A stretch of 64,000 bases of DNA from positions 24,185 through 88,184 of IMG/VR virus record IMGVR_UViG_3300048687_000070. One strand, written 5' to 3'. Every line of letters begins with the position of its first letter. The first letter of the stretch is position 1. This document shows, in pieces, positions 18,550-26,471 of this stretch. Below the pieces are notes generated by a model. The model was given only the letters and a program-made list of their open reading frames with translations. It was not told the DNA's origin and searched no databases. This DNA is from a virus. Position numbers and translations under genes: made by a program.

Positions 18550-18929
18550 TGGCCGCCGTTGACATCACGTCGTTCGGCTACCTGCACGACGGGCCGCCGG
18601 CCGCGCACCTGACGGTCGATCTGCGCCAGCACTTCCGCGACCCGCACGTTAGCCCGGAGCTGCGCCACATGACCGCCGACGACGAGCCGGTCCGTACCGC
18701 GGTCCTGAACACGCCCGGCCTCTCTGCGCTGGTGCAGGCCGTGACCGCGGCGGTCGAGGCGTTCGCGTCCGGCCCGTCCGCCGGTGCCGTCACGGTCGCC
18801 GCCGGGTGTGCGGGAGGCCGGCATCGCGCTCCCACATTTGCCCGCGCTCTTGCCGACCTGCTTTCTGCAGCCGGCCACCAAATCACCGTCCAACACCGCG
18901 ACATGGACAAGCCCGTCGTCCAGCGGTGA
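18549..18929 (+). CDS. Standalone RapZ C-terminal-domain-like protein
   Basis: ITSFGYLH..P..DLR..FRDPH..LR ... VAAGCAGGRHRA...I.V.HRDM. Confidence 0.8.
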   Translation: MAAVDITSFGYLHDGPPAAHLTVDLRQHFRDPHVSPELRHMTADDEPVRTAVLNTPGLSALVQAVTAAVEAFASGPSAGAVTVAAGCAGGRHRAPTFARALADLLSAAGHQITVQHRDMDKPVVQR

Positions 18930-18936
18930 ACCGGCA

Positions 18937-18984
18937 GCCCCGATGGTCGCAGGCCGGGTTCGACTCCCGGCCGGGGCACGCACC
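18937..18984 (+). ncRNA. Mini tRNA-like structure (acceptor stem plus T-arm only)
   Basis: GCCCCG...CGGGGC stem enclosing GCCGG-GTTCGACTC-CCGGC; no D or anticodon arm. Confidence 0.45.
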
Positions 18985-19017
18985 ACCAACTCGTTCACCG
19001 AATCAAAGGAGTACGTC

Positions 19018-19248
19018 ATGGGCCTGTGGCCGCGCAGCAACCGTTTCGAGGACGCCCGTCAGCAGCCGATCAGCGAGAGCAGCACGCGTGAGGCGGTGTC
19101 GAACCTGTCCGCGATGGCGAAGGCGTCGGAGGCCTCCGGGGACAGCCAGTCGGCGGCGACGGCGCGGGAGGCGTTGGACATGGAGCTGGACACCCTCCAC
19201 GAGATCAGGAACCTGCAGGCGCACGGATTCAAGCAGCCGAAGCGCTAA
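19018..19248 (+). CDS. Hypothetical protein
   Basis: AAGGAG RBS before ATG19018. Confidence 0.65.
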   Translation: MGLWPRSNRFEDARQQPISESSTREAVSNLSAMAKASEASGDSQSAATAREALDMELDTLHEIRNLQAHGFKQPKR

Positions 19249-19391
19249 CCCCCTGGTCGCCGCGGGCGGGTGTTCACGGTTCCCCTCCGTCCCGCCCGCG
19301 GCTCCCAGCCTCGGCCCGAGTTCCCGTCGTATGCCGCAAGGCAGACCGAGGCGCGCACCACCAACCGAACCCAACCCGAGAGGAGCCCTTC

Positions 19392-19541
19392 ATGGGCCTG
19401 CGCGACAAGATTTTTGGCACGCCGGAGCAGCAGGAGCACAACGCCCGCTTCAACAACCGGGACACCGACCCGGACAGCGAGGAGTACCTGGCCTCCCACG
19501 ACCGGGTCATCGCCGCGGAGAAGACGGCGAAGAAGGCGTGA
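19392..19541 (+). CDS. 49-aa hypothetical protein (not in ORF track)
   Basis: AGGAG RBS; MGLRDKIFGTPEQQEHNARF...; TGATG coupling. Confidence 0.6.
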   Translation: MGLRDKIFGTPEQQEHNARFNNRDTDPDSEEYLASHDRVIAAEKTAKKA

Positions 19542-19723
19542 TGGCCGCCTACCACTGCAAGCAGGACGAGACGCACGCCGAACTGCACGCCGGCGGGGCG
19601 AACCTGCCGTGCACCCAGTGCAAGGCCCACGCGAACAGCATGCCCATCGCGGGCGGCTGTCTGATCGTGACGCTCGTGTCCACCGCCATTGGCGCACTGC
19701 TGTACGGCCGGAAGAAGACCTGA
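19541..19723 (+). CDS. Small Cys-containing protein with C-terminal TM
   Basis: CTQC and a hydrophobic tail. Confidence 0.6.
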   Translation: MAAYHCKQDETHAELHAGGANLPCTQCKAHANSMPIAGGCLIVTLVSTAIGALLYGRKKT

Positions 19724-19755
19724 ATCCGAACCAACCGCCTGGAGAGGAGGCCGTC

Positions 19756-19959
19756 ATGCGGCCCCTGAAAGTCCTGCTCGTGACGGCCGTCCTCGCCCTG
19801 TTCGGCGCCTGCCCGTCGCTCGCCACCGCCCTCGGTGACGCGCTCGGCCTCGTGTTCGGCGGCGCCGCACAGATCGTCACCCAGCCCGCGCTGTTGCTCG
19901 CCGTGGCCCTCGGTGGCCTCGTTGCCGTCGTCGCCCGGCGTGGCCGGAGGGCCATCTGA
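19756..19959 (+). CDS. Small 2-TM protein (Spd-like)
   Basis: GAGGAGG RBS; very hydrophobic with a basic tail. Confidence 0.65.
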   Translation: MRPLKVLLVTAVLALFGACPSLATALGDALGLVFGGAAQIVTQPALLLAVALGGLVAVVARRGRRAI

Positions 19960-20246
19960 TGCCGATCACCCTGCCCGCGTTCCTGACCCGCCATAAGGAG
20001 AGCCCGGTGTCCGAGACCACCGCCCCTGCCGAGAACGGACCCAATGTCCTGATGCGGTTCCTCACCCTGGGAGGAGCTATCGCGATCGTCACCGGGTCCG
20101 GCAGCTACGGGGCCGAGGACTGCCACTGGAAGTGCCTCGGCTGCGACGACACGGACAACGGCATCCCCCGATGGGGCTGGAACGCGCGGGACGCAGCCAA
20201 CGCCCACGCGGGGCAGTGCCGGGCGATGCCGAAGCCGGGGGCGTGA
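19959..20246 (+). CDS. Small Zn-binding protein
   Basis: WKCLGC...ANAHAGQCRAMP. Confidence 0.65.
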   Translation: MPITLPAFLTRHKESPVSETTAPAENGPNVLMRFLTLGGAIAIVTGSGSYGAEDCHWKCLGCDDTDNGIPRWGWNARDAANAHAGQCRAMPKPGA

Positions 20247-20247
20247 C

Positions 20248-21060
20248 GTGAACAGCCCACCTTCCCGCGCCCGGTGGGATCCGCTCGTCGCGGTATCCCT
20301 GATCGCCGGTGTCGGCTTCACTGCGATCGCCGAGTACCAGCTCGCCAGAAAGATCGGCTCCCCGGTACCCGTGGCGGTACTACTGCCCGTGGCATTGGAC
20401 GTGTACGTGGTCGCCGCCATCCGCCGCTCTCGCGGCCGGGACATCGCACTCGCACTCCTCCTCATGGGCGTCGCGCAGGTGTCGGCGCACATGCTCGAAG
20501 CCGGCGTCGTCGAGATTTCAGTACCGCTCGTCGCGGCCGTCTCCGTCCTGGTACCGCTCGTCATCTGGCGGGTGCACGCGCTGGCGGTACTGCCGAAGAA
20601 GCAGCCCGCCGGTACCGGTACCGCCCCGGCCGTGAGCGAGCCGGTTCCGGACGCCACCGTCGAGCGAGTACCGGCATCCGCGCCCGCCCCGGTACCGCCT
20701 GCGGTACCGGTACCGCCCGCGAGCCGCCCGGAACTCGAGGCCGTACCGGAAGCAGTACCGGCCCCGGTACCGGTACGGCCGCGCCGCCCGAACAGCCAGA
20801 AGACGCCGCGCAGTACCGCCCCGAAGTCCCGGCAGAAGAAGACCGGTACCGGCTCGTTCGACGACCACGTCCGCACCGCCATCGGCTGGCTCGGCGACGA
20901 ACCGGACCTGTCCGGTACCGCCATCGGCGAGCGGCTCGGTACCGGCGACTCCTACGGCCGCCGCGTGCGCCGCGAAGCCCTCGCGAAGGCCGGTACCGAA
21001 CCGGCTCCTGGCCCCGAGCACCGGGACCACAACACCGACCAAATCCTCACCGGAAGCTGA
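20248..21060 (+). CDS. SpdB/DUF2637-like membrane protein: ~4 TM, Pro-rich linker, C-terminal HTH
   Basis: AEYQLAR..LLPVALDVY TM block; LSGTAIGERLGTGDSYGRRVRR HTH-like end; directly upstream of the FtsK gene. Confidence 0.7.
   Translation: MNSPPSRARWDPLVAVSLIAGVGFTAIAEYQLARKIGSPVPVAVLLPVALDVYVVAAIRRSRGRDIALALLLMGVAQVSAHMLEAGVVEISVPLVAAVSVLVPLVIWRVHALAVLPKKQPAGTGTAPAVSEPVPDATVERVPASAPAPVPPAVPVPPASRPELEAVPEAVPAPVPVRPRRPNSQKTPRSTAPKSRQKKTGTGSFDDHVRTAIGWLGDEPDLSGTAIGERLGTGDSYGRRVRREALAKAGTEPAPGPEHRDHNTDQILTGS
20360..21000. repeat. Dense (G)GTACCG motif array inside the spdB-like gene
   Basis: Roughly 20 GTAC(C) cores by eye, including GGTACCGGTAC tandems at ~20611, ~20703 and ~20766. Confidence 0.85.
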
Positions 21061-21063
21061 CCC

Positions 21064-23205
21064 ATGAGCGCCCACCACACCGCGCCGGCCGACCCGAAGC
21101 CCGCCCTGAAACTCGTTCCCTCGACCGACACGGCCGTGCAGGTGTCGACTCGCCCGGAGCGGCGCCGCCTGCGCGCGGACCGACTGCGGCGCATCGTCGT
21201 CGCCACCCGCAACAACCCGGGGTACCGGCTCGCCGTCCGGCACGGCGCCTACACCCTCGGCGGGACCCGCATCCTGACCCGTCGCGCCTGGGACGCACGG
21301 ACCGCGGCCCGGTACGAGCGGATGATGCGCATCGCCGAAGCGTCCGGGAACGAGGAGGCCACACGGGTGTGGGAGCAGCGGGCCCACGCCTACCGGTTCG
21401 CCCGGCGCCGCGGACGCATGGAACTCCTGCAACTGATCCTCAACGCGCCCAAGGCGGTAGCCATGGGCGCGGGCGCAACCGCTGGCGTTCTCCTGCTGCT
21501 CGGGATGATGCTGGCCGCTGCCAGGGAAGACATCAGTGACGTCCTCGTCCCGCTCAACGCCGTGATTCAGCTGGTCAGCTGGGTTGCGTTCATCGCGGGC
21601 GTCGTCTGGCGGCCGTTGCTGGTGTCGCTGCCGTTCCTCGCTCTGGCCGGGGCGTGGGCGGTCGGACGCCACCAGAAGTCCGCACCGGTATGGGCACTGC
21701 CCGTCGACCCCGGCGAGCAGGGCATCGTCCCGGACGAGAACGCCATCATGCGGGCGCTGGGCAAGCTGAGCATCGCGGAGCTCAATGCGGCCATCAAGGA
21801 GGGCTGGCAGCCGCGTTGGGTGCAGGGCACCGTCCGCTCCGGCAACGGCTATCACGCCCAGCTGCAGCTTCCTCTTGGCGCCCCCGTCGAGATGATCATC
21901 AAGAAGAAGAATGTTCTCGCGCACAACCTGCTCCGCAAGCCCGTCGAAGTGTGGCCCACCGAGCCGCCCCGCATGCCTGGCGTCCTCGACCTGTGGGTCG
22001 CCGACCAGGGCTCCCTGTCCGGGAAGATCCCGAGTTGGCCGCTGCTGCACGAGGGCACGACCGACTACTTCGAGGGCGTTCCCCTCGGCGTGTCCCAGCG
22101 CGGTGATCCGATCATCGGGAAACTGATGGCCGCGAACTACATGGTCGGCGGGATCATGGGATCCGGTAAATCGTCGCTGGTCATCTCGCTGCTTCTGGGC
22201 GCCGCCCTCGATCCGATCGTCGACATCGAGGCCTACGTCATGGCCTACAACGTCGACTACGACCCGCTCAAGCCCCGCATGAGCGTCCTGGTCAAGGGCG
22301 ACGACGACGAGCAGCTGAAGACCGCCCTCGACCGGCTGCGCAGCCTGACCAACGAGGTCACCGAACGCGGCAAGCTGCTGGAGGAGCTCGGCGGCGAGAC
22401 CACCAAGCTGACGCGGGAGCTTTCGCTGAGGGACCAGCGGATGCGGCCCAAGGTCATCGTTTTCGACGAGTGCCACGAGCTGTTCATGCACAAGGGCTAC
22501 GGCAAAGAGGCCGCTGAACTGGCCATTCGCGTCATGAAGAAGGCCCGCAAGGTCGGTATCACCCTCATCTGGGTCACCGTGTCGCCGACCGCCGACAGCA
22601 TCCCGCGCGACGTCACCCGCAACACGAGTCACCGTGTCGCGTTCGCCGTCGGCGACCACGTCGCCAACGACGGACTGCTCGGCTCCGGCCGCCACAAGGC
22701 CGGCATCACCGCCACCACACTCATCCCCGGCGAGGACGTCGGCACCGCCGTCACCGTCGGCTTCACCAGCAAGCCGTTCGAGGTGGTGCGCGCCCACTAC
22801 GTGGCCCGCGACCCGGAAAAGAACATCGACCAGGTCACGCCCGTCGTCGAGCGCTCCTTGACGGCGTACAAGCGCGGCGACGTGTGGGAGGTGCCCGCAC
22901 CCGAGAGGGTCGACCACCTCGTCGACATCGCGAAAGTCCTCGGCCACGAACCCAAGCTGCTCACCCAGGACGTCCTGCACGAACTCCACAACCTGAACCC
23001 GGACGTCTACGGCGAGTGGACGTTCCGGGACCTGCGCAGCGTCCTCGACACGGCCGGCCACGGCGAGTACAAGACCGGCGGGCGCCAGCACGTCAGCCTC
23101 GACCGCATCCTCGACGCCATCGCCGCCCGCGACGAATACGCCTCCGAGGACGCCGTAGAGATCGGCTACAGCGAGGGAGGCGATGAGGGAGGAAGCGATA
23201 CGTGA
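21064..23205 (+). CDS. traB: TraB-like FtsK/SpoIIIE DNA translocase
   Basis: N-terminal TM helices, Walker A GGIMGSGKS, Walker B VIVFDECHE, KARKVGI motif, C-terminal wHTH-like domain. Confidence 0.85.
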   Translation: MSAHHTAPADPKPALKLVPSTDTAVQVSTRPERRRLRADRLRRIVVATRNNPGYRLAVRHGAYTLGGTRILTRRAWDARTAARYERMMRIAEASGNEEATRVWEQRAHAYRFARRRGRMELLQLILNAPKAVAMGAGATAGVLLLLGMMLAAAREDISDVLVPLNAVIQLVSWVAFIAGVVWRPLLVSLPFLALAGAWAVGRHQKSAPVWALPVDPGEQGIVPDENAIMRALGKLSIAELNAAIKEGWQPRWVQGTVRSGNGYHAQLQLPLGAPVEMIIKKKNVLAHNLLRKPVEVWPTEPPRMPGVLDLWVADQGSLSGKIPSWPLLHEGTTDYFEGVPLGVSQRGDPIIGKLMAANYMVGGIMGSGKSSLVISLLLGAALDPIVDIEAYVMAYNVDYDPLKPRMSVLVKGDDDEQLKTALDRLRSLTNEVTERGKLLEELGGETTKLTRELSLRDQRMRPKVIVFDECHELFMHKGYGKEAAELAIRVMKKARKVGITLIWVTVSPTADSIPRDVTRNTSHRVAFAVGDHVANDGLLGSGRHKAGITATTLIPGEDVGTAVTVGFTSKPFEVVRAHYVARDPEKNIDQVTPVVERSLTAYKRGDVWEVPAPERVDHLVDIAKVLGHEPKLLTQDVLHELHNLNPDVYGEWTFRDLRSVLDTAGHGEYKTGGRQHVSLDRILDAIAARDEYASEDAVEIGYSEGGDEGGSDT

Positions 23206-23353
23206 GGGAGAAATCCCTCCGCGCCTCCCCACCTGCCTCCCCACGCCTGACCTGCACAAAGGCCCGGTTGGGGAGGCAAGGGAGGCAAGGGAGGCAGCCC
23301 TCCCAAGACCCCGGAAAACGCGCTGCGGCCTCCCCTCGGCTGCCTCCCTCCCC
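23175..23353. repeat. clt-like locus: GGGAGG(C) direct and inverted repeats
   Basis: GGGAGGCAA-GGGAGGCAA-GGGAGGCAG at 23271-23297 plus further GGGAGG/CCTCCC copies in both orientations at the traB 3' end. Confidence 0.7.
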
Positions 23354-23378
23354 ACCCCGACACCGAAGGAGAACCGGC

Positions 23379-24008
23379 ATGAGCGGCACGGTGAAAGTGC
23401 AGCAGATGACGGTCGACGGGGCACCGTACACGTGCCCCGAGTGCGACTCGCACACGTTCACACTCGACGGCCACCCGGTCTTCGACGCGCTCCCCGCGAT
23501 AGCCAACTGCGACTTCTCGCACCACTGGGACGACTCGTTGATCACCGGTGACACGCTCGTGATGATCCGCGGTTCGCGTACCGGCCGCCCCCGCGCCCAC
23601 GACGAGGACACGTTCGACGTCACCCACAACGGCATCCGGTTCGAAGGCACCCTCGTACCCGAACTCGTCTACGACGACCTCCGTCAGGCCGGCCGCATCT
23701 ACTGGAAGCGGATCATCAAGCCCACCGTGCGGAAGAAGAAGCGGGCCGCGCTGCGCACCCTCGCCCGCCCCGGAAAGCAGGCTGCACGCAAGGCCCGCGA
23801 CGCCGCATCGGCAACCAAGGCCGCCACCATCGCCGCCGCCTGGACCGCCCAGACCGGCGGCTACCAAGACGACGCCGACTACCAGAGCGAGTCCGTCATC
23901 CCCTGCGGAGCGGGCTGCACCGACGGCTACTTCCCCCTCGACACCCATATCCACGGCGCCGCCCAAGTCCGGTGCTCCGTATGCCACGGAACCGGCGAAA
24001 CCCTGTAA
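23379..24008 (+). CDS. Zn-ribbon protein with DnaJ-type CxxCxGxG end
   Basis: AAGGAG RBS; CPECDS and CSVCHGTG. Confidence 0.7.
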   Translation: MSGTVKVQQMTVDGAPYTCPECDSHTFTLDGHPVFDALPAIANCDFSHHWDDSLITGDTLVMIRGSRTGRPRAHDEDTFDVTHNGIRFEGTLVPELVYDDLRQAGRIYWKRIIKPTVRKKKRAALRTLARPGKQAARKARDAASATKAATIAAAWTAQTGGYQDDADYQSESVIPCGAGCTDGYFPLDTHIHGAAQVRCSVCHGTGETL

Positions 24009-24022
24009 GGAGATCCAACCCC

Positions 24023-24511
24023 ATGACCATGCCGCTGCCCGAGCCGCGCCCGACCATCCAGGCCGGGCAGCGGCAGCTCTCCCCGGAGACCCGGAAGATT
24101 CTCGACGAGATCGAGACCGTGTACAGCAAGTCCGTACCGACATCGGTGCGCGTTGAGGAAGTGCCGCACCCGGCCCCGCCAGCCGTCCAGCAGCCCGGCC
24201 GGCCCCCCATGAGCCCGCGGGCGACCGGGGTGTCCGTGATGCTCGTCGCCGGCGGCTTCTTCTCCCTGTGCCTCGGCGCGGCGACCTCGATGGTCCTGTA
24301 CTTCTCGCAGGCCGCCAACGAGACCGTCGTCATCACCCTGTGCGCGGCGCCCCCCGCCGTGTTCCTGTCGCTCGGCGCCCTCGTCAAGAAGATCCGCAAG
24401 GCGATGCCCGACGAGCACCACCACCACTACGAGGCGCCAGTGTTCCAGGACCAGCGCACCACCCACACCGAGACCCGCGGCGTGTGGGCGCGCACCAACA
24501 ACACGCAGTAG
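24023..24511 (+). CDS. SpdD-like 2-TM protein
   Basis: Pro-rich N-terminus, two TM helices, EHHHHYEAPVFQ tail. Confidence 0.6.
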   Translation: MTMPLPEPRPTIQAGQRQLSPETRKILDEIETVYSKSVPTSVRVEEVPHPAPPAVQQPGRPPMSPRATGVSVMLVAGGFFSLCLGAATSMVLYFSQAANETVVITLCAAPPAVFLSLGALVKKIRKAMPDEHHHHYEAPVFQDQRTTHTETRGVWARTNNTQ

Positions 24512-24580
24512 TTGACGCGTTGACGTGGGCGAACGTAACGTGTGATTCGCTGGTCTTAAGTGTCAAGAGGGCTACCTGAT
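24512..24580 (+). promoter_or_regulatory. Putative promoter for the late region
   Basis: TTGACG twice (24512, 24520) in an intergenic gap. Confidence 0.4.
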
Positions 24581-24614
24581 GCAGGTGGCCCTCTTTGCGT
24601 TCCCGGAGGTGACC

Positions 24615-24851
24615 ATGACCGCCTCCACCCGCGGCCTGCTCACGGAGGGCGAGGCCGCCTACTACGCGGGCCGGCCCGGCGCCACGATCCGCCGGTGGGC
24701 CCACGAAGGCCGCATCCACCGGCACGGCTCGGGCCGCGGCAACGTCCGCTACAGCGTGTTCGAGCTCCCCAAAGCCGAACGCGACGAATGGACCCGCGCG
24801 CTGCTCGCGCCCGGCGCAACCCCACCTCTCCCCGCGGTCCGCGCCGCATAG
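24615..24851 (+). CDS. MerR/Xis-like HTH protein
   Basis: LLTEGEAAYYAGRPGATIRRWAHEGRI. Confidence 0.75.
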   Translation: MTASTRGLLTEGEAAYYAGRPGATIRRWAHEGRIHRHGSGRGNVRYSVFELPKAERDEWTRALLAPGATPPLPAVRAA

Positions 24852-24962
24852 ACCGGGGCGGCTGCTCACCGCCCCGACGTCCCGCCGCCCCACTACCCCC
24901 CAGGTACAGGCGGCGGGACACCCCCACCCCGCGCCACGCGGCGCCCAGTTGAAGGAGGCCGC

Positions 24963-25349
24963 GTGGCCGACAACCTCAGCGCGACAGCCGAGAACCTCGC
25001 CCTGGACTGGCTCACAGGCGTCGGCGCACCGACCCGGCCCAGCGCGCCGCTCAAGGTCGCACTCGTCACCGCCAACGGCTCTGACACCACCGCAGGCACC
25101 GAAGTCACCGGCGGCTCCTACACGCGGCAGACGCTCACCGTCGCCGCAGCCGCAACCGGCGCCACCGCCAACGCGGCCGACATCGTGTTCACCGGCATGC
25201 CCGCCACAACCATCGTCGGAGTCGAAGTCTGGGACAGCGCCAGCACCCCGATACGCCTCTGGTACGGGGCGCTCGCCACCCCCCGCACGCCAGCCGCCGG
25301 AGACGACAGCCGCTTCACCGCAGGACAGCTCACTCTGTCCCTGTCCTGA
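24963..25349 (+). CDS. Putative minor virion/fibre protein
   Basis: LKVALVTA..GTEVTGGSYTRQ motif typical of actinophage virion proteins. Confidence 0.7.
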   Translation: MADNLSATAENLALDWLTGVGAPTRPSAPLKVALVTANGSDTTAGTEVTGGSYTRQTLTVAAAATGATANAADIVFTGMPATTIVGVEVWDSASTPIRLWYGALATPRTPAAGDDSRFTAGQLTLSLS

Positions 25350-25361
25350 CAGGGAGGCGCC

Positions 25362-26471
25362 ATGCCGTCGCTCTCCCTCCTCGTGGACAACTTCAACGAC
25401 AACGACATGGGCCCCGAATGGGGCGACTCCTACGCCGGCGCCACCGAGACCGGAGGCCGGGCCCGCGTCCCCGTCGTAGCAGGAACCTACGCCGGCTACC
25501 AGACCGGCCGAGCCTGGACCTTCGCCGGCGCCACCGTCTACCTCAAGCTCGCCACCAGGCCCGCCGCATCCACAGGCACCGACGTGTCCGCGAACTTCCT
25601 CGTAACCAGCAGCGTCGACGGCACGTCGATCGGCTTCAAGTACAACGCGGTCACCGCCATGCTGCGCATGCAGTCGAACGTCGACTACTACGACACGGAC
25701 GGCGTCGAGATCGCCTACTCGGCGACCGATCACCTGTGGCTGAGACTCCGCGAAGACGGCACCAACGTCTACTGGGACACCTCGCCGAACGGCAGCACGT
25801 GGACCAACCGGCGGACGCTCGCCACCCCCTCCTGGATTACAGCGGCCGTCGACACGTGCGCGCTCGACCTGTACGCCTACCGCAACGCAGGCGTCAGCGA
25901 CTACGCCGAGTTCGACAACGTCAACACGATGTCCGACGGGGCTGTGTGGGACCTGGTGGCAGCCCTGTCGGGCCAGTCGGCCCTCACGGCAGCAGTCAAG
26001 TCGACGACAGTCCTGACAGCCGCACTGAGCGCGGAAAGCAGCCTCACCGCATCCGCCACACAGGCCCTGAACGTGTCGGCCGACCTCGCTGTAACAGGCA
26101 CGCTGACCGCCGACCTGAACAACACCGAGATTCCGGAGGTGGCAGCAATGGCCGCCGGAGACCTCGACCTGTACATCGAGCAAGGCGCCACGTTCGTCCA
26201 GACGTACACGGTCACCGACCTCGACTTCACATGGGCCGGCTGGGCGGCGCGAGGCCAGATCCGGTCCGCCGCCAACAGCGCGGGCGAACTCCTCCTCGAC
26301 CTCACCGCACACCTGACCGTCGATGGGCCCGCCGTGCGCCTCGCCATTCCCGCCACCGTCACCCAGACCCTCACCCGCAACGGGCGCTGGGACCTGGAGA
26401 TGGTCAACGGGCCGACCGTCGTCCGCATCCTCAACGGGCGCGTCCACATCAGCCCGGAGGTGACCCGGTGA
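25362..26471 (+). CDS. Putative virion fibre/adhesin (lectin-like domain plus BppU-like C-terminus)
   Basis: WLRLREDGTNVYWDTS; LYIEQGATF...WDLEM..G.V.ISPEVTR. Confidence 0.7.
   Translation: MPSLSLLVDNFNDNDMGPEWGDSYAGATETGGRARVPVVAGTYAGYQTGRAWTFAGATVYLKLATRPAASTGTDVSANFLVTSSVDGTSIGFKYNAVTAMLRMQSNVDYYDTDGVEIAYSATDHLWLRLREDGTNVYWDTSPNGSTWTNRRTLATPSWITAAVDTCALDLYAYRNAGVSDYAEFDNVNTMSDGAVWDLVAALSGQSALTAAVKSTTVLTAALSAESSLTASATQALNVSADLAVTGTLTADLNNTEIPEVAAMAAGDLDLYIEQGATFVQTYTVTDLDFTWAGWAARGQIRSAANSAGELLLDLTAHLTVDGPAVRLAIPATVTQTLTRNGRWDLEMVNGPTVVRILNGRVHISPEVTR

Larger units (their letters stand above)
17163..24511 (+). mobile_element. AICE/plasmid-type tra-clt-spd transfer module embedded in the prophage
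   Basis: FtsK-type TraB, downstream short repeats and several small membrane proteins in one operon. Confidence 0.75.

Noticed and set aside
18937-18984. Full tRNA gene
   Set aside because: No D-arm or anticodon arm; kept only as a tRNA-like minihelix.
20360-23353. CRISPR array or diversity-generating retroelement
   Set aside because: Repeats are 6-9 bp without regular spacers; no cas or reverse transcriptase genes in the window.
20518-23424. 968-aa minus-strand ORF and other long antisense ORFs (e.g. 24384..26447, 45408..47069, 57130..58926)
   Set aside because: Shadow frames of high-GC genes on the opposite strand; no motifs or RBS.
17163-24511. Independent AICE inserted into the prophage
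   Set aside because: No RepSA/Rep, dedicated integrase or flanking att repeats were visible; it reads as a resident phage operon.
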